From contig DASWYF010000037.1 in NCBI GenBank assembly GCA_036405135.1, forward strand, positions 90,016 to 154,015: a stretch of DNA of 64,000 nucleotides, given 5' to 3'. The position numbers and the translations under genes are program-made. Positions 41,373 to 50,646 of this stretch are shown one piece after another. The notes under the pieces are model-generated. The model saw only the letters and a program-made list of their open reading frames with translations. It was not told where the DNA came from and searched no databases. Each line of letters opens with the position of its first letter. Position 1 is the first letter of the stretch. The DNA comes from Verrucomicrobiia bacterium (GTDB taxonomy: Bacteria; Verrucomicrobiota; Verrucomicrobiia; Limisphaerales; JAEYXS01).

Positions 41373-42779
41373 TCAGGCAATCAGTTCTGGAATTGGCCGA
41401 CCATGGTCCACGATCGGCGTTGGCCGCCCGTTGAAATCATTGATGGCGACTTTCGAGGAATCGATGCCGAGATGATGGTAGATGGTTGCGAGGAAGTCGC
41501 CGGGACCGCAAGGACGTTCAGTGACGTCTTCTGCGCGCTTATCGGTTGCTCCGATGACGCGCCCCGTCTTGATTCCGCCACCCGCCCAGATATTGGAGAA
41601 TGCGCGCGGCCAGTGGTCGCGGCCAGGTTGCAGAATGCCAGCAGCGGCGCTGGCGTCTCCAGCACCGGTACTGCGATCGAAATTGATTTTTGGCGTGCGG
41701 CCAAACTCACCCGTGACGACCACCAATACACGTTTGTCCAACCCTCGAGCATAGATATCCTCAATGAGGGCTGAGACAGCTTGATCGTAGTTGCCCATGC
41801 GGAAACGCAAGGCTTCAAAGACGTGATGATTTACGGCGTGATCGTCCCAATTCTGCACCCGGCCGCAGAGAGGCCCGCTCAGGCTGCTGGTCACGATGTC
41901 CACACCGGCTTCCACCAAACGGCGGGCGAGCAGCAACTGCTGGCCCCAGCGATTCCGTCCGTAGCGATCACGGGTGCGGGTATCTTCCTTGCTGAGATCA
42001 AAAGCATCGCGGGCTTTTGGGTTGGTGAGCATCGTCGCAGCTTGGGCTTCAAATTCATCCAAGGCTCCCAATTCACCTTCACGGTCAAAGGCGCGTTCCA
42101 TGCGGTCCAAACTCTTGCGCAAGGCCACGCGGTCACTAAGCCGTTTTGCTTCGGCGGTGTCTGATAGACCAATGTTCGGTACCTGGAAGTTGGGGCGACT
42201 CGGGTCATCTTGCACCGCGAACGGAGAGAAGGCATCGCCCAGATAGGCTGGACCATTGTATTCCAGTGGAGGATTTACGCCAACGTAGTTGGGTAGGGGA
42301 TTGGTGCGTTTCGCGCCCTTGCTGCGGAGGTAATTGGCCACTGACATCCAATCAGGCAGCCGGGGCTTCGGTTTATCACGCTCATCCGAATCGCCGGAGA
42401 GCATCTGCATGGAGCCAGCCGGATGTCCGCCCGCCTTCTGATTCATCGAGCGCAAGACCGTGAACTTGTCCGCAATCTTTGCCTGCAAGGGCATCAGCTC
42501 AGTGAAGTGCGTTCCGGGAATTTTCGTCGGTATGGTCTTGAACGGCCCCCGATACTCGCTGCCGATATCCGGCTTCGGATCATATGAGTCGATATGCGAC
42601 AGACCACCTGGTAACCAAACCATGATCACGGCCGTTTTCTTGTGGTCGGCCAGCTTGGCGCTCTCTGCCTGAAGACGCAGCACGGCGGGCAAACTCAACG
42701 TCGCGAAACCGGCCAAGCCGACGCGCATGAAGCTGCGGCGGCTCAGTGGGCCCGGGCAAGGTATGATCGATGATGGCAT
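41373..42779 (-). CDS. DUF1501 domain protein (Tat-exported)
   Basis: 468-aa ORF with a Tat-type leader (LSRRSFMRVGLAGFATLSL) and DUF1501-like body. It is the last gene of a four-gene minus-strand operon. Confidence 0.85.
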   Translation of the reverse strand: MPSSIIPCPGPLSRRSFMRVGLAGFATLSLPAVLRLQAESAKLADHKKTAVIMVWLPGGLSHIDSYDPKPDIGSEYRGPFKTIPTKIPGTHFTELMPLQAKIADKFTVLRSMNQKAGGHPAGSMQMLSGDSDERDKPKPRLPDWMSVANYLRSKGAKRTNPLPNYVGVNPPLEYNGPAYLGDAFSPFAVQDDPSRPNFQVPNIGLSDTAEAKRLSDRVALRKSLDRMERAFDREGELGALDEFEAQAATMLTNPKARDAFDLSKEDTRTRDRYGRNRWGQQLLLARRLVEAGVDIVTSSLSGPLCGRVQNWDDHAVNHHVFEALRFRMGNYDQAVSALIEDIYARGLDKRVLVVVTGEFGRTPKINFDRSTGAGDASAAAGILQPGRDHWPRAFSNIWAGGGIKTGRVIGATDKRAEDVTERPCGPGDFLATIYHHLGIDSSKVAINDFNGRPTPIVDHGRPIPELIA

Positions 42780-42835
42780 AAGCTGTAAGTTTTTAGATGG
42801 CGGCGATCAATTCGATAGTCGGTGATAAACAGTTT

Positions 42836-45652
42836 TCATTTTTGTTGGGCGCCGAACACGGCGAGTTCTTTGCCGTTTGTCCCATCCCAGACGCGTAACA
42901 CACTGTCTTCGCCGCCCCCGATGATGACACTGGCATCGGCGGTGCTGGCGGCGGCTTGCATGAAATCAGGCAGTTTCGTGATGGCGTGAATTTCGCGGCC
43001 ATCATCATTGATGATGCGGACTCGGTTATCACCCGCAGAAGTGATCAATTGGTTGGACGCACCGATGAACTGGAGCGAGGTCACTTCCTTGCTCCAGCCT
43101 TCGATCTTCTTCTTCCGCTCGCCGGTGGTCATATCCCAAGCGATCACCACGCCATCAGCCCCGGCGCTGGCTAGTACCCGGCCATCTGCCCGGAAGGTGA
43201 CACCCATGACATGGTGGGTGTGACCCTCGAAAAGGTTCACTTGCTCGCCAGTAGTGATATCGGTGACTCGAGCGATCTTATCTGCCCCGCCTGAGGCCAG
43301 CAGGGTGCCGTCCGGGGAGAAGTCCAAGCTTAACACGCTATCTGCGTGGCGTTCTTTCCAAGTCTTGATGACTTTGCCCTTGGCGACATCGAATAGAATA
43401 ACATCCCCGGCGCGAGAAGGGTCGCCACCACCAGTAGCCAAGGTTTTACCATCCGGACTGAACCTCACTGCATTCACGCGATCGGCGAATAACGCGTGGT
43501 CCCTGCCTTGGCCGAGAACACGCTCGAGTGACCAGTGTGGCTTGGTGCCAGTCGTCAGAATGGCGCCATCAGCCAGAGTGGCGATGAATGATCCGTTGCT
43601 GCCTCTAGCCAATGAGGCAGCGCTGCTGATAGGACCGGTAATTTCTTCGATTGGGATTCCGGAAGCTACCGCCCAGACTTCCACTTTACCATCGTCGAAA
43701 GCCACTGCGACTCGTTGATTATCCTCAGAAAATGCCAGGGAAAGCGGTTTTGCAGTTGGTTTGCTCAAGGACTGCTTGGCGGCAGCAAGGTCAGCGGTTG
43801 CTTTGTCCAATACTTGCTTGGAGGCTTCGACTGCCGCTTTGGCGGTTTCTAAAACTATCTGGTTTTTGGCTTTGGTATCTGTGATGCGAGCGACATCGTT
43901 CTCAGCGTCTTTCAAGTTGCTCTCGGCGGCTGAGACGCCCGCGATAGCAGAGTTCTCCGCCATGATCACCGGTGCGAGTTTTTCCTGGGCGTCTTTAAGC
44001 TGTTTTTCCAAGGCGGCATCGGCTTTACCTTCAGGAGCTTTGGCGATGAGGGCCAAGACTTCATCCACTACTTTTTGCGCGGCGGCTTTTGCTTCTTCAG
44101 CAGGCTTAACAGCCTTGGCTTTTTCAGGCACCACTTTCTTCATCGTTTCGATGGTCGCATTGGCTTTCTTGAGAAGTTCATCCAGTGCTTTATTCTGCGC
44201 CTCGATGCGGGCGATTTCTCCCTTATGGAAAGTTTGCTCCAGAGTTTGCGCGGCAACTGTCCAATCTAGTGACGAAATCTGCTGTTCAGCGCTTAGACGC
44301 TCTTTTAATTCGATCAGTTGTTTGCCCGTCTCGATATCCCAGATGCGTATTAACCCGTCAGCACTACTGGTGGCCAGCTGTTTGCCATCGTAAGACAGGG
44401 CGATATTCAATACCCCCGGTGCGGAAAGCTCTTTCCCCACCGCGCCTTTGCTGATGCTCCAGAATCGCACTTTGCCATCCTCGCTGGCAGTGGCGAATTG
44501 GTCGGAAGTCGGTCCACTGATCACGGTAGTAACTTTGCTGACGGCATCTTTAAATTCTTTGTCCAACACGAGCTCTGCATCACGTGATGTGGGGACGGAC
44601 CATAGCCGAATGGTTTTATCATCGCCGCCGGTTATCAATGACAGGCTGTCGGTAGACCATTCCAAGACTTTAAGACCAGCTACGTCGGTCTTGGAGGTGA
44701 GCATTTTGCCGGACTTCAAAGTCCAGACACTTAGCACGGCGTCGTTGCCCCAGACTGCGGCCTTGGTGCCATCCGGGGAGATGCTCAACAGCTTGATGCC
44801 GGATTTGTTGACGTTGCTGATGCGCTTGATGGACTTGCCTTTGATGGCATCCAAAACAACAAGGCCACCTTTTTCATTGGCCCCGATAATTTTTGTGCCG
44901 TCGCGGCTGATGATGGTTGATTGCAGGCCGAGCTTGGCATTCGCCGGTCTTAGAGACCCAACCACCTTTTCTTCCCGCCAGATTTTCACTTCGCGGAAAC
45001 TTCCAGAGGCGAGTCGCGTGCCATCGGGGCTGAAGGCAAGCGACTGCACTTGGGCTTGATGCGCGGTGCCGGATTTCAGCGACTCGTCCAGTATCTGTGA
45101 TACGAATTGCCGCGTAGCCAGATCGTATAGGAAAAGATTGTTGGAGCGGCCACAGACAGCGTAGCGACCGTCTTTCGTCATCGCAGCGCTGTAAATGGGA
45201 TAGTTGCCACCCGTCAGTGCCTGAAAGACGACCTGTCGCTCTTGCTGGACAGAACTTTTCGCTCCCTGATCGATCCATGACTTCAGCAAGGAAATCTCGG
45301 CAGAAGTCAGTTTTACTGCACCTGACTTGTTGTTTGCCGGGGGCATCTCCATGTCTTTCTGATGGAGAGAGGCTTGAACGATGAGGCTTTCCCGACTTTT
45401 GCCTGGAACGATGGCGGGGCCGGAATCGCCGCCTTTGCGCATGGATTCCGGTGACTCCATATCCAAACCTGCTTTGGTCGTCGTCTTGTTATGGCAGGCC
45501 AGACAGTTGGCTTTCAGGAAGGGAAAAACGTCCCGGTAATAATCGACATTTGCAGCGGAGACCGAAAGAGCAGGCAGCAGACAAAGACCGACAGTAAGCA
45601 CGGAATGCTTCAGCCAGCGGAGTCCTTTGCTATGTTCGGCTTTGGTCGTCAT
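42836..45652 (-). CDS. Secreted PSCyt1-type cytochrome-c-motif protein with WD40 repeats and central coiled coil
   Basis: 938-aa ORF with a signal peptide and the motif FLKANCLACHN. It carries many WD-like repeats and has a central Ala/Lys/Glu-rich segment. It overlaps the upstream gene by 4 nt. Confidence 0.8.
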   Translation of the reverse strand: MTTKAEHSKGLRWLKHSVLTVGLCLLPALSVSAANVDYYRDVFPFLKANCLACHNKTTTKAGLDMESPESMRKGGDSGPAIVPGKSRESLIVQASLHQKDMEMPPANNKSGAVKLTSAEISLLKSWIDQGAKSSVQQERQVVFQALTGGNYPIYSAAMTKDGRYAVCGRSNNLFLYDLATRQFVSQILDESLKSGTAHQAQVQSLAFSPDGTRLASGSFREVKIWREEKVVGSLRPANAKLGLQSTIISRDGTKIIGANEKGGLVVLDAIKGKSIKRISNVNKSGIKLLSISPDGTKAAVWGNDAVLSVWTLKSGKMLTSKTDVAGLKVLEWSTDSLSLITGGDDKTIRLWSVPTSRDAELVLDKEFKDAVSKVTTVISGPTSDQFATASEDGKVRFWSISKGAVGKELSAPGVLNIALSYDGKQLATSSADGLIRIWDIETGKQLIELKERLSAEQQISSLDWTVAAQTLEQTFHKGEIARIEAQNKALDELLKKANATIETMKKVVPEKAKAVKPAEEAKAAAQKVVDEVLALIAKAPEGKADAALEKQLKDAQEKLAPVIMAENSAIAGVSAAESNLKDAENDVARITDTKAKNQIVLETAKAAVEASKQVLDKATADLAAAKQSLSKPTAKPLSLAFSEDNQRVAVAFDDGKVEVWAVASGIPIEEITGPISSAASLARGSNGSFIATLADGAILTTGTKPHWSLERVLGQGRDHALFADRVNAVRFSPDGKTLATGGGDPSRAGDVILFDVAKGKVIKTWKERHADSVLSLDFSPDGTLLASGGADKIARVTDITTGEQVNLFEGHTHHVMGVTFRADGRVLASAGADGVVIAWDMTTGERKKKIEGWSKEVTSLQFIGASNQLITSAGDNRVRIINDDGREIHAITKLPDFMQAAASTADASVIIGGGEDSVLRVWDGTNGKELAVFGAQQK

Positions 45653-47928
45653 TTTTTCGGAGTCACGGCTGCCGTCGTAGTGGGAGTGCCTTTGATAGAA
45701 ATACGGATCGGCTCGGAGACGATGATATCCACAGTGTCCTGAGGTGTCGCCGCATTGGTGACGGTCTTCATCCGTTTGGCAGCCTCAGCCTTGGCGGCCT
45801 CAGCTTGCTTTTGCTTTTCTGCGGCGATCTTTGCTGCATTGGCAGCTTCCGATTTCTTGTCGGTCGGTGCATTGGCGGCTTCTTCGGCCAGTTTCTTGGC
45901 CATCTCAGCCAAGGTTGTGGCCTCTTGTGCTGTTTTCTTCTGGGCGAGTTCAGCTTCTGCCACTGCGCCAGGATTATAGCGATAGCGACTCACCGCACTG
46001 CCATAGAAGGCGATGGTATATTCGCCAGCTGGGATTTTTAGCGCGCCCAAATCGAGTGATGCCTCGTGAGTGCCGGCTTTGAGAGGGATATCGAACTCCT
46101 TCACCTTTTCAAAACCTGAGCCATAGGCGCGCAGCCCAATGCCAGTCCCGGTGAACTCATCGCGCCATGTCAGCTTCAAGGGGATCTTCAGCACATCATT
46201 CGGGTTGGCTTCATAGACTTTGTTCGCACTGGCAGTGATGGTCACGGGCGCACCCTCAGAATCGCTGACGGAGACGGGCAGATCTGCCATAAGCCGGGGG
46301 CTGGGTATCTCCTGCTTCGCATCACGGACCGGCCATTCCATCGAGGCGACCCGGCAAGGGTGAGTGACTGTGTTGCCATTGATGATGGCACGACCAAATA
46401 TCTTAGCCACGGAGTGAGCTGCCTTGGCATCGCTGGCAGCACTGATGATCATGTGGCCATAGGATTTGCCTTTCGCGATCTTAAGACCACTGGCACTGAC
46501 GCCGGAGGGAAGACCTTCCATCGACAGTTCGATTTCGCCATCGAAACCATCTCGGCGGATCACCACAACTTCCATGGCCATGCTAGCCCCCGCCCGCAGA
46601 GCGACCGGCTTGGAGAGCGCGGCGCGATCACCATTACGCAAAGTCATATGCACAGCCCAAGCTGCCAGCGTGAAATCTGGCGCAGCCTGCCGGACGATCA
46701 AACGGTAAACATTGTCAGGCTCATTACGGGTGCCACCAAACAAGTCGCGAACTTGCAGACGGTAGGTGCCGTCTTCCTTGATTTCGAATTTACCGAGTAC
46801 ATCGGGCGATCCTGCATCGTAAGGCGGACCATCATAGGAATAGCCGTTGCTGGAAACCTTCATCGGGCTGGCGATGTCATTCAGTTCGGCGATGTCTGTA
46901 AGCGTTTCTTTTTCACCTTCCTTAGTGACCCGCTGGACCAGCACAAACGCATCTGTGTTCAACCCCAGTCGTTCAGAGGCCACTTCCACCCACCAAGTCT
47001 CGCCTTTTTTGGCGGTGAACTCATAGGTGTCCACATCGGCAGCAGGGTAAAAACTGCCCGCGATATCGCAGGGGAGGGTGATCCTCTGCGCTTGGATTTG
47101 TTGGTTGTTAGGTTCTGTTTCTTTCGTTTGCGCAGAGGCTGCCAGATTTGTCGGAGGCCATGACATGGAACTCACCATGGGGGTGGTCGGTTGACGCGCA
47201 ATCGGTTCATCCCCGGGGGCCGTCACCAAGGCGAGCCGATAGAAATGCTCTGGTCCGCCAGAAAAAGTGAGTCCGTGGACTTTTACCAAGTAAGTGCCAT
47301 CGGCGGTGGGGGTGAAATACAGCACTCCGCCTGTGCGGTTCAGCACGATGTCGCGGCCTTGCGCGTCAGCGATGATGACTACCGGCGTGAGCTTGGAGTC
47401 GATCCCCACAGCGGCACAATCCACTGCGATGCGCTGGCCCTTCACGCCTGAGAAAGAATAATAATCCACCGCGCGCTTGGTCATGGTGGCGTTGCAAATT
47501 GAGTTAACCGGCAACTTCATGGCGGTCTCTACCGAAGTGTTCGCTTTCTCGCGGGTCTGTTCTGGGAGATGGCTCGTCGAGAAGGCTCGGGCTGATGAGA
47601 TGCCGAGCCGGGAAATCACGCGCGCATCGTAGACCCCGACGGGCGCATCGGGTGCGATGGTCACCAGAAACTTGTTCTCCACCGGCTTGCCATCGGGGCC
47701 GATCACCGGCTTGGCCATTATCTTGGGAGTGGAGAATTGCAACTCGCTGATATTCTCGATGCTTTCGCCCGTGATCTGGACTTCCACGCTTGAACCGATC
47801 TGGCCGCCCATGGGCATCACCGTCAGCAGTCGTGGAGCAGGCAGGCAAACTTGTTGGGCGACCACGGCAGTAGACGGCATTAGGGCTAGCAACCCTAGCG
47901 CAAGCTTTATGGCGGATTTAGCGGTCAT
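45649..47928 (-). CDS. Secreted protein with pre-peptidase C-terminal (PPC)-like domains and Ala/Lys-rich C-terminal coil
   Basis: 759-aa ORF with a signal peptide. ETEPNNQQIQAQRITLPCDIAGSFYPAADVDTYEF resembles a PPC domain. The overall function is unknown. Confidence 0.7.
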   Translation of the reverse strand: MTAKSAIKLALGLLALMPSTAVVAQQVCLPAPRLLTVMPMGGQIGSSVEVQITGESIENISELQFSTPKIMAKPVIGPDGKPVENKFLVTIAPDAPVGVYDARVISRLGISSARAFSTSHLPEQTREKANTSVETAMKLPVNSICNATMTKRAVDYYSFSGVKGQRIAVDCAAVGIDSKLTPVVIIADAQGRDIVLNRTGGVLYFTPTADGTYLVKVHGLTFSGGPEHFYRLALVTAPGDEPIARQPTTPMVSSMSWPPTNLAASAQTKETEPNNQQIQAQRITLPCDIAGSFYPAADVDTYEFTAKKGETWWVEVASERLGLNTDAFVLVQRVTKEGEKETLTDIAELNDIASPMKVSSNGYSYDGPPYDAGSPDVLGKFEIKEDGTYRLQVRDLFGGTRNEPDNVYRLIVRQAAPDFTLAAWAVHMTLRNGDRAALSKPVALRAGASMAMEVVVIRRDGFDGEIELSMEGLPSGVSASGLKIAKGKSYGHMIISAASDAKAAHSVAKIFGRAIINGNTVTHPCRVASMEWPVRDAKQEIPSPRLMADLPVSVSDSEGAPVTITASANKVYEANPNDVLKIPLKLTWRDEFTGTGIGLRAYGSGFEKVKEFDIPLKAGTHEASLDLGALKIPAGEYTIAFYGSAVSRYRYNPGAVAEAELAQKKTAQEATTLAEMAKKLAEEAANAPTDKKSEAANAAKIAAEKQKQAEAAKAEAAKRMKTVTNAATPQDTVDIIVSEPIRISIKGTPTTTAAVTPKK

Positions 47929-47930
47929 GG

Positions 47931-50258
47931 TCAGTGGTTGTAGAGGAATTCCTTTGTATTGATGATCGCCCAGAGCAAGTCTTCGTAGCCTTGACGTATG
48001 GCCCGCTGTGAGTCTAGAGGTTTGCCTTGGGCATCGGTGCGAGGTTGGTTTAGATAGTTTTCTGCGATGTGGACTTCTTCGGGGGCAGGCTCGCGTGAGA
48101 AAGCGGCCAGATAGATTTCCCGGATGCGTTGCGATTCTGGTTTATCTTCCTTCACCAATCGCTCGGCGCGGCCATTGCTGGCGGTAAGCTTGGCTTTCAC
48201 ATCGGACGCATTCATGAGATGCAGACTTTGGGCAAGGCTGGAGGTCTGAACGCGTTCACACTCACAAACACTCTCACCCTCGGGACGCCCAAAGACTTTC
48301 AGGAAGGGGGATGCGCGGTTGTAGCTATTGTCCGGTAAGGAGATGGCGCGTGTGCCGGGGGGCAGGTCGGCAAAGTCGGACTTTGCTCCGGTAAGCTGAT
48401 CGATGGCATCCAGCAAAACTTCCGCCTGCATCCGCTTCGGATAGTAGTGGGAAAAATTTTGGTTATCGATGGCGTTGTGCTCGTTAGGGAAGGCGCTGAG
48501 TTGGTAAGTCTGGCTTTGCGTGATGGCTCGAATGACGGCTTTTAGGTCAAAACCACTCTCTATGAAATGCTGAGCCAAAGCGTCGAGCAATTCGGGATTG
48601 GTCGGGGGATTGGTGTCGCGGATATCATCCTCCGGTTCGATAAGCCCGCGTTTGAAGAAATGTTTCCAGTAACGGTTCACCAAGGATTTGGCGAAGAAAG
48701 GGTTGGATTTTTCGCTCATCCAATCCGCCAGTTTCAGGCGCGGATCTTCGTCGGGTGGTATATCAAGTGTGGGTTGACCCAAACCAGCAGGCTTAACGGG
48801 CAGATGGGTTTTCTTGTTCTCAGTTTGGGCGATGCCGCGCTTGTGATAGATGAGATCTTCGTCGGCAATGGCTGTCGGTTTGCGACCCACCTGACTGAAG
48901 AAAGCTGAAAGACTGTAGTAGTCCTGCTGGCTCCATCGCTCGAAGGGGTGATGGTGGCATTGGGCGCATTGCATGCGAACACCCAAGAAAAGTTGAGCGA
49001 CATCCTCCAGCTGCTGGGTGGGTTCTTTCACGCGCTTATACCAGGCCACCGCCGGATTCGCGACGATGGTGCCAGTGGCCCCGAGAATCTGGCGCACAAT
49101 CTCATCGTAGCGTTTGTTCGCCAGCAGGCTGTCGCGCATCCAGGCATGGAAGGCAAAGTTTGCCGTGATGTCCGCTTTGTCATCCCGCTTGTTCTTAAGC
49201 AGCGCGGTCCATTTGTTGGCGAAGTAATCGGCGTAATCAGGACTGTTGAGCAATGCCTCGATGGCGAGATCGCGCTTATTCGATTCCTTGCTGGCCAGGA
49301 AGGATTGGGTTTCCTCAGTGGTAGGCAGTCGCCCGGCGATGTCCAAAGAGACACGACGTAGAAAGGTGGCATCATCGCAAACCGGGGAAGGGGGGATGCC
49401 GATTTGCTTCAGGTTGGCGAAGACATATTGATCAATAAAGTTCTTGGCTGTCGGTAAGCGGTCTACCGGTGCGCCGAGCGGGATGGAAACGCTGGCCACT
49501 GACACTTTACCCGCATAACGCACCATCACGGCGACATAGCCTGGAATATCGGATGTCTTGATCAAGCCCTCCTCACTGGTCTCTGCCATGCTCTTGTCGT
49601 TTGGCTCATAAAGTGCCAAGTGGGTGACATTGCGATCACTGCCATCTGAGTAACGAGCAATTACCTTGAGCTGCTGCTCAGTCTTCGCCTTCATCGAGAG
49701 CCGGTTGGGGGAGACTTCTATGCTGACTAACTGAGGATCATTGGTGGAGCCGTAGGGCAGGCCCTGAGCGATCCAGTTGACGATAGTGCGGTAGCCTTCG
49801 GAATCCGGATCGAGCTTCTTGCCGCCACCGTGGGGGACGATATTTGCCGCCTTCAGCAGAAAAAGGCTTTGCTCCGGAGCTGGCCGAAATATGCGCCTGC
49901 CTTTGCCTTCCTTGACGATGTGCTCGTAATCCTCCTCAGGTTCGAACCCCAACAATGAAAGCCTGAAACCGCGCTGGCCGGTCACAGCCTTGGCGTGACA
50001 CCCACCGGAATTACAGCTGGATTTGGTCAGGATCGGAACGACATCGTTCACGAAATTTAGCGGACGAGAGGCTTCGGAGGCGAATCCGACCACTGCAGAG
50101 CCGAACATTGCCATCAAGGCAATACAGGCCGTTCGCAATAGTGGCGGCTTGGGGTCCATGCTTTGATGCATTGACGCTGAAAACGGCGTTTTCCTCAAAT
50201 TATTTTTCGGATGCCCACGAACGGTTTTAAGGGGATAATTGGTTCTTATATACTGCAA
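47931..50258 (-). CDS. DUF1549/DUF1553 (PSCyt2/PSD1) protein
   Basis: 775-aa ORF. It has the motif GVRMQCAQCHHHPFERW, the DUF1549 then DUF1553 order, and a hydrophobic leader. The true start may be an internal Met. Confidence 0.85.
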   Translation of the reverse strand: MQYIRTNYPLKTVRGHPKNNLRKTPFSASMHQSMDPKPPLLRTACIALMAMFGSAVVGFASEASRPLNFVNDVVPILTKSSCNSGGCHAKAVTGQRGFRLSLLGFEPEEDYEHIVKEGKGRRIFRPAPEQSLFLLKAANIVPHGGGKKLDPDSEGYRTIVNWIAQGLPYGSTNDPQLVSIEVSPNRLSMKAKTEQQLKVIARYSDGSDRNVTHLALYEPNDKSMAETSEEGLIKTSDIPGYVAVMVRYAGKVSVASVSIPLGAPVDRLPTAKNFIDQYVFANLKQIGIPPSPVCDDATFLRRVSLDIAGRLPTTEETQSFLASKESNKRDLAIEALLNSPDYADYFANKWTALLKNKRDDKADITANFAFHAWMRDSLLANKRYDEIVRQILGATGTIVANPAVAWYKRVKEPTQQLEDVAQLFLGVRMQCAQCHHHPFERWSQQDYYSLSAFFSQVGRKPTAIADEDLIYHKRGIAQTENKKTHLPVKPAGLGQPTLDIPPDEDPRLKLADWMSEKSNPFFAKSLVNRYWKHFFKRGLIEPEDDIRDTNPPTNPELLDALAQHFIESGFDLKAVIRAITQSQTYQLSAFPNEHNAIDNQNFSHYYPKRMQAEVLLDAIDQLTGAKSDFADLPPGTRAISLPDNSYNRASPFLKVFGRPEGESVCECERVQTSSLAQSLHLMNASDVKAKLTASNGRAERLVKEDKPESQRIREIYLAAFSREPAPEEVHIAENYLNQPRTDAQGKPLDSQRAIRQGYEDLLWAIINTKEFLYNH

Positions 50259-50489
50259 CGATACGACAGAGAAATTGAGGCTAGGAACAGTCTGCCTGAA
50301 TCAATTTACCAAAAAGCACAGACTGCTTCCGGGGATAAGAAAATTACAAAGAAGAGGGGGATTGGCTGAGCGCGAAGCAAGGTTAAAGCTTAGTCTGACG
50401 TCGTGTTGGGGCATAAAGACGGATGTCCATCTTGGTGTCCTTTGGAAGGCTCTTGCCTCCTAAACCGTTGCTGCACACGCAGTTGGAAT

Positions 50490-50625
50490 TGGGGGCGAGG
50501 GTCGGAATCGCTCGAAAACCCAAGTTTTCAAACGAAAAGTCGCACTTTTCTCCAAGGAATCAAGCTGCATCTGATCTAATCCGACTTAATCCGGCTTAAG
50601 CATTTTGGTGCACGTTTTGGTGCAC
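50490..50625 (+). repeat. Intergenic repeat family, copy D (best preserved)
   Basis: The core TGGGGGCGAGGGTCGGAATCG lies at 50490-50510. GGAATCAAGCTGCATCTGATCTAATCCGACTTAATCCGG starts at 50556. A perfect tandem TTTTGGTGCACGTTTTGGTGCAC lies at 50603-50625. Confidence 0.8.
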
Positions 50626-50646
50626 ATACAAAGTTTGCGTGCTTTA

